This document shows, one piece after another, positions 32,944 to 40,551 of a stretch of 54,416 nt of DNA (positions are counted from its first letter, which is position 1; each line of letters starts with the position of its first letter). Under the pieces are notes generated by a model that saw only the letters and a list, made by a program, of their open reading frames with translations, had not been told where the DNA came from and did no database searches. The stretch is taken from the NCBI GenBank assembly GCA_026395595.1, contig JAPLYL010000008.1:1-54416 (forward strand). The letters run 5' to 3'. Source of the stretch: Candidatus Parcubacteria bacterium (GTDB taxonomy: Bacteria > Patescibacteriota > Minisyncoccia > Phycocordibacterales > CAIJYI01). The translations under genes were made by a program, and so were the position numbers.

Positions 32944-34605
32944 ATGCTCAAAGGATTATCGGAAAATATCCTTTTACTCTTGTTTGTTATCATTCTTATC
33001 GGCAATTATCTCGGCGGAATCAAATGGAAAGGAATAAGCCTCGGGCCAAGTGCCATTTTCTTAACAGCCGTCGTGTTCGGACACTTCGGACTACAGGCTC
33101 CGCGAATTATTCTGGAACTTGGTCTTGCTCTTTTTGTCTATTCCATTGGTATCCAAGTGGGAGCCAATTTCTTCAAAGATTTTCGAAAAGAGGGGCTGCA
33201 TATGATTGGGATGGCTTTTGTTATGACGTCATCCGGTCTTATCGCCACAATCGCCATCGCCTATTTCCGAAATCTGCCAGTCGGCGTATCTGCTGGGTTA
33301 TTCGCAGGTTCACTAACCAATACGCCGGCACTGGCCGCCGCTGTTGAGCTGATTGAAAAATATGGATTCGGCGACGGAGGAAGCGTCACCGCCGGTTACG
33401 GTATCACATACCCATTCGCCGTCGTCGCCGCGGTTATATTTGTCCAAATCCTTCCAAAACTGCTTAAAAGAGACGTGGGGCAAGAAGAAAAAAACTGGGC
33501 GGAAGAACAAAAAGCTATGAATCCGGCCCCGGAGTTCAAGCAGTTCCGTTTGGAAAATTCAAAATGCTTCGGAAAAACAGTAGGATACCTTGATAACAGT
33601 TATATGCACAAAAGCGATCCTCTCATCATGTCTCGAGTGCTTCGGAAAGAAAAAATTTCTGGGTCACGACAACATGAACTGACGGAGTATGTAGCAACGG
33701 AAGATTTTATCCTTCAAAAAGATGACATCGTTACCGTCGTCGGCAAAACAAACAACTTGGAACTTTTAGGGCTGGTATTCGGAGAAGAAGTTCCGGTACA
33801 GCTCTTGAACAAAGACATTATGACAATGGACGCAGAAATAACTGCCCCGTTTTTCGGAAATAGAAAAATTTCCGAAATTGACATGTCAAAGCATAAAGTC
33901 ATTATTACGCGGGTTATTCGCGGAGGAACAGAATTCCCGCCAAACAATGATACGATGGTGGAATTCGGAGATACGCTACGTTTCGTCGGCCTCTACAAAG
34001 ACACGGCGAGATTCGCAAAGATTGTCAGCACCAAAAACAAAAAACTGGAAGAGACCAGCCTGTTTACGTTTGTCCTTGGATTGGTTGCGGGACTTTTATT
34101 GGGCGCTGTCTCCATTCCGATTATCGGAGGTTCTCCTCTCTCTCTTGGTCCGGCGGGAGGATCGCTTATCGCCGGACTTTTCCTTTCCACAAGAAAAAGT
34201 TTGTTTGGAAAAGAAATACATATTCCCATTGAAGCGTTGAGAATTATGCAGGATCTTGGTCTTACTCTTTTCATGGCGGGAGCTGGGTTAATCGCGGGCG
34301 GACGATTTATGTCAATCTTTCATATGTACGGTTTTGAACTGCTTCTTGAGGGCGCAATGATAACAGTGATTACATTGATTTCAGGAGCCGCATATATGTA
34401 TTATCTTAAAGCAAAAACACTTGCGATAATGTCGGCGATTGCCGCGGGAATGACACAGCCGTCAGCTCTTGAGGTCACAAAACAAGAAGCGAAGACGGAA
34501 TTACCTTTGTTGGTTTATGCCAGCGTATATCCATTTGCAATGATCTTAAAAATTTTATTGATACAAGTTCTGGTCGTAGTGGTAAACACCCTCTCTGTAC
34601 TATAA
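32944..34605 (+). CDS. AAE-family (YidE/YbjL-like) transporter with two central RCK-C/TrkA-C domains
   Basis: Duplicated membrane halves flank a soluble insert. The N-terminus LLLLFVIILIGNYLGGIKWKGISLG is typical of the family. Confidence 0.8.
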   Translation: MLKGLSENILLLLFVIILIGNYLGGIKWKGISLGPSAIFLTAVVFGHFGLQAPRIILELGLALFVYSIGIQVGANFFKDFRKEGLHMIGMAFVMTSSGLIATIAIAYFRNLPVGVSAGLFAGSLTNTPALAAAVELIEKYGFGDGGSVTAGYGITYPFAVVAAVIFVQILPKLLKRDVGQEEKNWAEEQKAMNPAPEFKQFRLENSKCFGKTVGYLDNSYMHKSDPLIMSRVLRKEKISGSRQHELTEYVATEDFILQKDDIVTVVGKTNNLELLGLVFGEEVPVQLLNKDIMTMDAEITAPFFGNRKISEIDMSKHKVIITRVIRGGTEFPPNNDTMVEFGDTLRFVGLYKDTARFAKIVSTKNKKLEETSLFTFVLGLVAGLLLGAVSIPIIGGSPLSLGPAGGSLIAGLFLSTRKSLFGKEIHIPIEALRIMQDLGLTLFMAGAGLIAGGRFMSIFHMYGFELLLEGAMITVITLISGAAYMYYLKAKTLAIMSAIAAGMTQPSALEVTKQEAKTELPLLVYASVYPFAMILKILLIQVLVVVVNTLSVL

Positions 34606-34634
34606 CGGATACATAAGAACTCAAAAGGGCTTGT

Positions 34635-35030
34635 CTAGACAAGTCCTTTTTCTTTTTGTTTGTCCAGCCAGCTCTGCAAGATAATCGCCGCCGCCGAGGC
34701 ATCTGTCAGAGAACTGTCTTCTTGGATATTACGCGCTTGTTTTGAAGTGAGAAATTCTTTCTCAAGAAAAACGGAAAGTAAGAATTTTTCTTCCAGCGTT
34801 TTTTTGAAAGCGAGAATTTTTTTCATGACGGGATTCGGCTGTCCGCTAAAATCCAGCGATTCGCCCAGTACGACAGTATTGATATTTTCTTTCTTGCAAA
34901 GGTTTTGAATAAACAAAGTGAGCTGATTATCATTCGAAAAAACCCCATACGGAAAAGCCATCGCCCCTCCTTCGTCGGAAATGGCGATGCCAACCTTTTT
35001 CGTCCCATAGTCTATACCTAACGTTTTCAC
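34635..35030 (-). CDS. ruvX: Holliday junction resolvase-like RuvX (YqgF)
   Basis: (V)KTLGIDYGTKKVGIAISD signature. The only in-frame start that keeps the motif is GTG 35030, 2 nt after the tRNA-Ser 3' end. The track ORF extension runs into the tRNA. Confidence 0.8.
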   Translation of the reverse strand: MKTLGIDYGTKKVGIAISDEGGAMAFPYGVFSNDNQLTLFIQNLCKKENINTVVLGESLDFSGQPNPVMKKILAFKKTLEEKFLLSVFLEKEFLTSKQARNIQEDSSLTDASAAAIILQSWLDKQKEKGLV

Positions 35031-35032
35031 TG

Positions 35033-35119
35033 CGGAGGAGGTGGGGTTCGAACCCACGGCCCGGTTTCCCGAGCTCCAGTTTTCAAGACTGGTGCCTTCG
35101 ACCACTCAGCCACTCCTCC
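35033..35119 (-). tRNA. tRNA-Ser (TGA), class II
   Basis: Acceptor GGAGGAG/CTCCTCC, anticodon arm CCAGT-CTTGAAA-ACTGG, long variable arm, T arm GTGGG-TTCGAAC-CCCAC, discriminator G. Confidence 0.9.
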
Positions 35120-35184
35120 AAATCAAACGTTTCTCTATTATACCCATTTTTTCCAAAAAAACCAGTGTTAATCATTTTAAGCAC

Positions 35185-35214
35185 TTGACAATAATCACCA
35201 TCATGTGCTACATT
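35185..35214 (+). promoter_or_regulatory. Promoter TTGACA-18-TGCTACATT
   Basis: Upstream of the small CDS 35262-35447. Confidence 0.55.
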
Positions 35215-35261
35215 CTTCCTTGGTGTGTTGTTTGTCTTAACCAACAAAGAAGAGGTAGTAC

Positions 35262-35447
35262 ATGTCCGATCAGCAGAATCGCAATAAAGAAACCAAAAAA
35301 ACCGGCGTTAAAAAAACGCGCAAAGATCAATTTTTGAAAGTACTTATTGCCAACGAAGAAACTCAAAATAATGTTGAAAAGAAAAAAAGACGAGAGGAAG
35401 AATTTTTTCCCTCTGTCACAGAACTCATGAAAAACCAACAAAAGTAG
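35262..35447 (+). CDS. Small basic hypothetical protein (61 aa)
   Basis: Self-contained unit: TTGACA-18-TGCTACATT promoter, GAGG SD, and a strong terminator at 35458-35492. Confidence 0.6.
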   Translation: MSDQQNRNKETKKTGVKKTRKDQFLKVLIANEETQNNVEKKKRREEEFFPSVTELMKNQQK

Positions 35448-35457
35448 ACATGCGATA

Positions 35458-35492
35458 CAACACCGCCGAATCATCGGCGGTGTTTTTTTATT
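35458..35492 (+). terminator. Terminator after the small basic ORF
   Basis: AACACCGCCGA-ATCA-TCGGCGGTGTT followed by a T-run. Confidence 0.9.
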
Positions 35493-35496
35493 TTTT

Positions 35497-35527
35497 AATT
35501 GCAATTTTTTTGCGTTTGTGATATACT
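35497..35527 (+). promoter_or_regulatory. Promoter TTGCAA-17-TATACT-8-ATG for the Fur-family gene, with overlapping AATTGCAATT palindrome
   Basis: A perfect 10-bp palindrome at 35497-35506 overlaps the -35 and is a candidate auto-operator. Confidence 0.4.
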
Positions 35528-35535
35528 CTCATTTT

Positions 35536-35952
35536 ATGGAAACTATAGAAACTTTACTTCGCAAAAATGGTTCAAAAGCAACGCCGGGGCGAGTAGCAAT
35601 ACTTTCAGTGCTTCAAAAAAAATGCATCCCATTAAGTATCAACGAGATCTCGGCTTCCCTACCAGTCAAACTCAACCAAACGACTATTTATCGAACACTT
35701 GAATCATTAACTGATTCTGAGATCATACGAAGAGTCGAGCTGGGGCACGCGCATGCTCATTATGAAATGGTCGAGAAGCAAAATCACCATCACCATATCA
35801 TATGCAAAGAATGCGGAAAAATCGAGGATGTGCGCATTTGCGGAACGGAAGAGATGGAATCTTCTGTTTTAAAAAAATCAAAACTATTTCATAACATTAA
35901 AAGCCACGCGCTTGAATTTTTCGGAGTGTGTAACGGATGTGTTAAAAATTAA
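35536..35952 (+). CDS. Fur-family metalloregulator (Zur-like by context)
   Basis: wHTH (TPGRVAILSVL..INEI..NQTTIYRTLESL), HAHAHYE, HHHHIICKECGKIEDV...C..C. Directly upstream of the metal ABC transporter. Confidence 0.85.
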   Translation: METIETLLRKNGSKATPGRVAILSVLQKKCIPLSINEISASLPVKLNQTTIYRTLESLTDSEIIRRVELGHAHAHYEMVEKQNHHHHIICKECGKIEDVRICGTEEMESSVLKKSKLFHNIKSHALEFFGVCNGCVKN

Positions 35953-35956
35953 AAAA

Positions 35957-36859
35957 ATGAAAACGAAACAAACTCTATTCTTTATTATTGGAATAATGGC
36001 GTTTTTCTTTTTATTGGTTATAATAAAAACACCAGAAAGAAAGATAAATGATGAAAAAAAACTGAAAGTTACGGCAAGCTTTTACCCCCTCGCTTTTTTG
36101 GCGGAAGAAATAGGCGGCAACAAAGTTCAAGTACTCAACCTTACCCCCGCAGGAGCTGAACCTCATGAATACGAACCAACTTCCCGCGATATTGCGGAAA
36201 TGGAGAACAGTTCTGTCCTTATTATGAACGGCCTCGGTCTTGAACCATGGTATGAGAACATGAAAAATAACCTCAGTACGGAAAAAACCTTTATCGTCAC
36301 GGCAGGAGAAAGCATGAATGACGCGAGATCAAAAGATCCCCACGTTTGGCTTTCTCCGGCGCTTATGAATAAAATGGCGGAAAAAATAGAAAAAGCTTTC
36401 GCAAAAAACGATCAAAAAAACGAAATCTATTATCGAACCAATTTGCAAATACTTACGAAAAAATTATTGATCCTTGATGGAGAATATCGGAAAAACTTAT
36501 CAAACTGCGCACAAAGAACCATCATCACCTCGCATTCCGCTTTCGGATACATGGCAAAAAATTATGGGCTTACCCAAGTGTCTATTGCCGGACTTTCTCC
36601 TGACGAGGAACCGTCACCCAAAGCAATGGGAGATGTCGCAGCTTTTGTGAAAGCAAATAATGTAAAGTATATCTTTTTTGAAAGTCTAACTAGTCCGAAA
36701 CTCTCTCAAACAATAGCAAACGAAACGGGCGCAAAAACTCTGGTATTGAATCCATTGGAAGGCCTTACCAAACAAGAACTCTCTCAAGGTAAAAACTACT
36801 TGTCTGTCATGCGTGAAAATTTAGCAAACTTGCAAATAGCATTATCATGCCACAAATAG
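35957..36859 (+). CDS. znuA: Metal (Zn/Mn) ABC transporter substrate-binding protein, ZnuA/TroA-like
   Basis: Signal/TM N-terminus. AEPHEYEPT, DPHVWLSP and the cluster-9 SBP pattern. Confidence 0.8.
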   Translation: MKTKQTLFFIIGIMAFFFLLVIIKTPERKINDEKKLKVTASFYPLAFLAEEIGGNKVQVLNLTPAGAEPHEYEPTSRDIAEMENSSVLIMNGLGLEPWYENMKNNLSTEKTFIVTAGESMNDARSKDPHVWLSPALMNKMAEKIEKAFAKNDQKNEIYYRTNLQILTKKLLILDGEYRKNLSNCAQRTIITSHSAFGYMAKNYGLTQVSIAGLSPDEEPSPKAMGDVAAFVKANNVKYIFFESLTSPKLSQTIANETGAKTLVLNPLEGLTKQELSQGKNYLSVMRENLANLQIALSCHK

Positions 36860-37614
36860 ATCATACAAAAAAAATAGTAGAAATCTCCGATGTTTCTTTT
36901 TCTTACGGAAAAGAAGAAGTACTCAAAGATATTTCTCTTGATATACACCAGGGAGATTATCTTGGTTTAGTTGGACCGAACGGAGCGGGAAAAACCACTT
37001 TGCTCAAAATAATGTTAGGGCTTCTTTCTCCGACAAAAGGGGAAATAAAGCTTTTCGGAACAGACCTGAAAAAATTCAAAAAGTGGTCTGACATCGGGTA
37101 TGTTCCACAAAAAGCGACAAGCTTTGACGTAAACTTTCCCGCAACAGTAAAAGAAGTGGTTCTTATGGGACGATACGGAAAAAAAGGGCTCTTCCGCCAC
37201 ACCGACGGACGAGATGAAATAATAGTCAAAAAAGCGCTGGAAGAAGTCGGCATGCAAGAATATGAAAATCGTCTTATTGGAGATCTTTCCGGGGGGCAGC
37301 AACAAAGAGTTTTTATCGCGAGGGCGATAGCGGGAGAGCCAAAAATTATTTTCCTTGATGAACCGACATCCGGAATTGACGCAAAAACACAAGATGAATT
37401 TTATACCCTCATAAAAAAACTTAACACAGAACTTGATCTGACTCTCATTCTGATTTCCCACGATATTGAGAAAATAACAAAAGAAGCCATGCATATCGCC
37501 TGCGTTGATAAAACACTCGTTTATCACGAAACGCCAGAAAGATTCCTTGAGAGCGTTCATGCCAAAGAGTTCGTCGGAGAAAACGCAAAATTTACCACTC
37601 ATCATCATTCCTAA
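36847..37614 (+). CDS. znuC: Metal ABC transporter ATP-binding protein
   Basis: Walker A GPNGAGKTT, signature LSGGQQQR, Walker B IIFLDEPT. Confidence 0.9.
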   Translation: MPQIDHTKKIVEISDVSFSYGKEEVLKDISLDIHQGDYLGLVGPNGAGKTTLLKIMLGLLSPTKGEIKLFGTDLKKFKKWSDIGYVPQKATSFDVNFPATVKEVVLMGRYGKKGLFRHTDGRDEIIVKKALEEVGMQEYENRLIGDLSGGQQQRVFIARAIAGEPKIIFLDEPTSGIDAKTQDEFYTLIKKLNTELDLTLILISHDIEKITKEAMHIACVDKTLVYHETPERFLESVHAKEFVGENAKFTTHHHS

Positions 37615-37618
37615 AAAT

Positions 37619-38404
37619 ATGGATATTTTTCAATACGGTTTTATGGTGCGAGGGTTGGAGGCAGGAATAATCGTCGCCATTATCGCTCCGCTTATCGGGA
37701 TATTCCTCGTTCTTCGGAGATACTCTCTCATTGCGGACACGCTCGCTCATGTTTCCTTGGCGGGTATTGCCCTCGGTCTGCTTCTCGGTCTTAATCCCGT
37801 TTATACGGCCATCGGAGTAACCGTTATCTCTTCCGTCGGAATAGAGCGATTACGAACATCGCAAAAAATATACGGGGAATCAGCTCTCGCTCTTTTTCTT
37901 TCCGGAAGTCTCGCCTTGGCCATGATTCTTTTAAGCCTTGCAAAGGGTTTTAATACCAATCTTTTAAATTATCTTTTCGGGAGTATAGTAACCGTAACAG
38001 CCGGAGATGTCCGTGTTATGGCGATTCTCGCCGCATTCGTTTCCCTCGCTCTTTTTCTTTTTTATAAAGAACTCGTCTATATTTCTTTTGATGAAGAATC
38101 AGCAAAAGCGGTCGGTATTCCCGTTCGGTTCATCAACGTGCTCCTTATTGTTCTTGCGGCGTTGGTCGTTTCTCTTGCTATCCCCATCGTCGGCATTTTA
38201 CTCATTTCCGCGCTTATGATTATCCCCGTCATTACCGCATTGCAGTTCAAAAAAGGGTTTGTAAAAACCATTATCTACGCCGAAGTTATTTCCATCCTTT
38301 CTGTCATCTTCGGAATTATCTTTTCTTTTTATTTTAATCTCTCTACAGGGGGAACGATAGTCCTTGCCATGCTCGCTGTTTTTGGAATCGTGTTATTGAT
38401 ATGA
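37619..38404 (+). CDS. znuB: Metal ABC transporter permease
   Basis: Start at MDIFQYGFM. ABC-3 family pattern (ADTLAHVSLAGIALG). 8-9 TM segments. Confidence 0.9.
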   Translation: MDIFQYGFMVRGLEAGIIVAIIAPLIGIFLVLRRYSLIADTLAHVSLAGIALGLLLGLNPVYTAIGVTVISSVGIERLRTSQKIYGESALALFLSGSLALAMILLSLAKGFNTNLLNYLFGSIVTVTAGDVRVMAILAAFVSLALFLFYKELVYISFDEESAKAVGIPVRFINVLLIVLAALVVSLAIPIVGILLISALMIIPVITALQFKKGFVKTIIYAEVISILSVIFGIIFSFYFNLSTGGTIVLAMLAVFGIVLLI

Positions 38405-39132
38405 ACGGACTGCTCCGATGTTCAAGGTATGCATTCGGACCTAACCGTTTGCACTATTGCGGACCCGATAAAAACCGGGAAATTTTTTCACATATCAGCG
38501 AAGGAGAAGGAGGTGAAGGACTGACGGAGCTGCTTACTCAGTTTGAAACCATGTACCCGTATCTTTGCCATATTGCGGAGGCGAATATGATACAAGACCC
38601 CCTTTCCGACAAAGTGGTAGAAGCGTACTGGATCGGCAATTCTCTTCTGGAACGAGTATCAAAACAAAAACTCTATGAGCACCTCCGCGACAAACTTAGA
38701 TTAAAAGATAAACTGGGAGCGAAGTCTTTTGAACTGGTCACGGAAAAAATCGGACAAGGAGCGCTTCCTCATCATTCTTTTCATGTTCTGGATATTTGGA
38801 AAAGGACAGGAAAAGAGGAACGAGAACATTCCATTGAAAACATCAGCGAGTGTTTGGTAAGTGTCGGAAAAATTATGTCAGTATCGGGACCGTTTATTAT
38901 AGTGGAAACCGAACCGATTTTATATGAAAAAGGGAAACTGACGATTGGCGCCCCCATACAAAAAAATATCTTAAGACAGCTTGAATCGGATTATGACATT
39001 GAACAATTGAAATCGGGAGATTTAGTCTCCATACACTGGAGCGTTATCTGCGAAAAAATTACAAAACGGCAAGCGGAGAGTTTGAGGAAATACACAAAAC
39101 ACCACATTAAGTTAGCAAATGAAACTTTATAA
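38401..39132 (+). CDS. Conserved hypothetical protein, translationally coupled to znuB
   Basis: ATGA overlap with the znuB stop. The N-terminal CSRYAFGPNRLHYCGPD motif and several conserved-looking Cys/His. Family not assignable by eye (possibly a DUF). Confidence 0.65.
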   Translation: MNGLLRCSRYAFGPNRLHYCGPDKNREIFSHISEGEGGEGLTELLTQFETMYPYLCHIAEANMIQDPLSDKVVEAYWIGNSLLERVSKQKLYEHLRDKLRLKDKLGAKSFELVTEKIGQGALPHHSFHVLDIWKRTGKEEREHSIENISECLVSVGKIMSVSGPFIIVETEPILYEKGKLTIGAPIQKNILRQLESDYDIEQLKSGDLVSIHWSVICEKITKRQAESLRKYTKHHIKLANETL

Positions 39133-39136
39133 CTCC

Positions 39137-39168
39137 TTCGTCATTCCCTTCTTCAAGGGAATGACGAA
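39137..39168. repeat. ATTCCC-N8-GGGAAT palindromic element
   Basis: TTCGTCATTCCC-TTCTTCAA-GGGAATGACGAA, a 12-bp stem, 13 nt upstream of the GIY-YIG start. Confidence 0.85.
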
Positions 39169-39180
39169 AATTCTAAAATA

Positions 39181-39471
39181 ATGAAAACCGGTTTTGTTTA
39201 CATCCTCGCAAGCAAAAGAAATGGCACGCTCTATATCGGCGTCACTTCCGATCTTATAAAACGAATCGATGAACACAAAAGAAATGCCACCGACGGTTTT
39301 ACAAAAAAATACAATGTTCACACTTTAGTGTACTATGAAATGGCGGATGATATACGAGGAGCCATTGAAAGAGAAAAACAATTGAAAAAATGGAACCGGT
39401 CGTGGAAATTAAAATTAATTGAAAAAGAAAATCCACAATGGAGAGATCTTTATACTGATCTCTTTGAATAA
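39181..39471 (+). mobile_element. GIY-YIG nuclease family protein (stand-alone, 96 aa)
   Basis: GFVYILASKRNGTLYIGVTSDL (GIY..YIG), R..EHK, and the E..LKKW pattern. Flanked by ATTCCC-N8-GGGAAT palindromes. Confidence 0.9.
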
Positions 39472-39474
39472 CTC

Positions 39475-39545
39475 GTCATTCCCGCGGAGGCGGGAATCCA
39501 GAGTATTATCACTAACTCCTAGATTCCCGCCTTCGCGGGAATGAC
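39475..39545. repeat. Inverted pair of ATTCCCGC-N4-GCGGGAAT elements
   Basis: GTCATTCCCGCGGAGGCGGGAATCCAG ... CTAGATTCCCGCCTTCGCGGGAATGAC. The two ~27-nt units are near-perfect inverted copies lying directly 3' of the GIY-YIG gene. Confidence 0.85.
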
Positions 39546-39551
39546 AGCAGT

Positions 39552-39968
39552 ATGAAAAAAACTATTTACGTTTTCGGCAATCCTGACCTTGAAATTGATT
39601 CCCTTCCGCTCCGCATACTTCCAAAACTTCAGGAGCGTTTTCCCGATATTGTTTTTACCGTTCTTGACCCGAACGAAGAGTGGAAGATTCCCGAAGAGAT
39701 GGTAATGATAGATACGGTTATTGGAATAAAAGATCTGACCATTTTTAACGACCTAAAACATTTCACCGAAGCCCCGCGAATATCCGTCCACGACTTTGAT
39801 GCTTTCTTCAATCTCATCTATCTTGAAAAACTCGGCAAACTGAAGAAAATAAAAATCTTCGGAATCCCGCCGGAAATGTCCAAAATTTCCGCGACAAAAG
39901 AATTGACAAAAGCAATAGAAAAGTGGTATAATGCAAATAGAAATTCACACAAAGGAGAGACAAAATGA
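39552..39968 (+). CDS. NiFe hydrogenase maturation endopeptidase (HycI/HoxW-like)
   Basis: Four family motifs in order: VFGNPDLEIDSLP, MIDTV, SVHDF, IFGIPP. Located 2 kb from the hydrogenase large subunit, which has a C-terminal extension. Confidence 0.65.
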   Translation: MKKTIYVFGNPDLEIDSLPLRILPKLQERFPDIVFTVLDPNEEWKIPEEMVMIDTVIGIKDLTIFNDLKHFTEAPRISVHDFDAFFNLIYLEKLGKLKKIKIFGIPPEMSKISATKELTKAIEKWYNANRNSHKGETK

Positions 39969-40183
39969 AAGAAGGAAACAGCACATTCTACGGTCAAAAA
40001 CATATCAAAAAAATACCGACGGCAACATCCGAAGGAAAAACTCAGACAGCAAAATGGAGCCGGATGTGGCCAAAAGCTCCAAACTGGCAAAGAGAGGAAT
40101 GTTTGGCACAACTCCTCGCTTGGCAGGAAGAAGAATTCCTTTTTCCTGTCCAAGACTGGTGTAACCCCCTCTCTCGAATGTAA
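39965..40183 (+). CDS. Trp-rich hypothetical protein (72 aa)
   Basis: GGAG SD 8 nt upstream. ATGA overlap with the protease gene stop. Confidence 0.4.
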   Translation: MKEGNSTFYGQKHIKKIPTATSEGKTQTAKWSRMWPKAPNWQREECLAQLLAWQEEEFLFPVQDWCNPLSRM

Positions 40184-40195
40184 AAGGGAAATATT

Positions 40196-40417
40196 ATGAA
40201 CAAACCCCAAACATTGAGAGCCACTCGCTACAGAGTTTTACGTAAGACCTGCCGAGAGCTGGAATCTCAATTGAAAAATTATGTTCCCGTATATGCAGAC
40301 AAAAAGAGGGATGAAGCAATAATCGCTTCAATAAAACAAACCCTCGCCATCTTGCGATGGAACGCTGCCGTACTGGAATTGGAAACTCAGATGGAAACCA
40401 AATCGGAACTCTTCTAA
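40196..40417 (+). CDS. Hypothetical helical protein (73 aa)
   Basis: AAGGGA SD-like sequence. Strong terminator at 40424-40461. Confidence 0.45.
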   Translation: MNKPQTLRATRYRVLRKTCRELESQLKNYVPVYADKKRDEAIIASIKQTLAILRWNAAVLELETQMETKSELF

Positions 40418-40423
40418 CAAAGA

Positions 40424-40461
40424 AAGGCCCGCCCGCATCAGCACGGCGGGCCTTGTTTTTT
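40424..40461 (+). terminator. Terminator
   Basis: GGCCCGCC-(11 nt)-GGCGGGCC followed by TTGTTTTTT. Confidence 0.85.
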
Positions 40462-40551
40462 ATATCAAAAGTTGTATTGACTAAAACGAGAAACTGGGAT
40501 ATTGTCATATCGGGCAGATGAGTTATTTTACAACACAAAACGGAGGGTGAA

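Noticed and set aside
35031-35105. N-terminal 25 codons of track ORF 34635-35105 (ruvX)
   Set aside because: These codons are the reverse-strand reading of the tRNA-Ser gene itself.
37015-37608. 197-aa minus-strand ORF opposite znuC, and similar antisense ORFs opposite galU (23926-24387), the AAE transporter (32682-33347), GH18 (5699-6181) and ligA (52204-52901)
   Set aside because: All are embedded antisense in genes with clear family motifs, which makes them shadow ORFs typical of AT-rich coding DNA.
38401-38404. UGA recoding (alternative genetic code 4 or 25)
   Set aside because: TGA terminates znuB exactly at an ATGA overlap. Conserved proteins such as LigA, GatA and the hydrogenase read through without in-frame TGA. 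Standard code 11 fits.
39931-40164. Alternative + frame 77-aa basic ORF
   Set aside because: It lacks an SD and starts inside the protease gene. The competing frame (39965-40183) has a GGAG SD at optimal spacing. Neither is certain.
39818-40210. 130-aa minus-strand ORF across the protease/small-ORF region
   Set aside because: It overlaps + strand ORFs that have SD sequences and ATGA coupling. It has no promoter or SD of its own, and it overlaps the + strand protease gene's 3' end.
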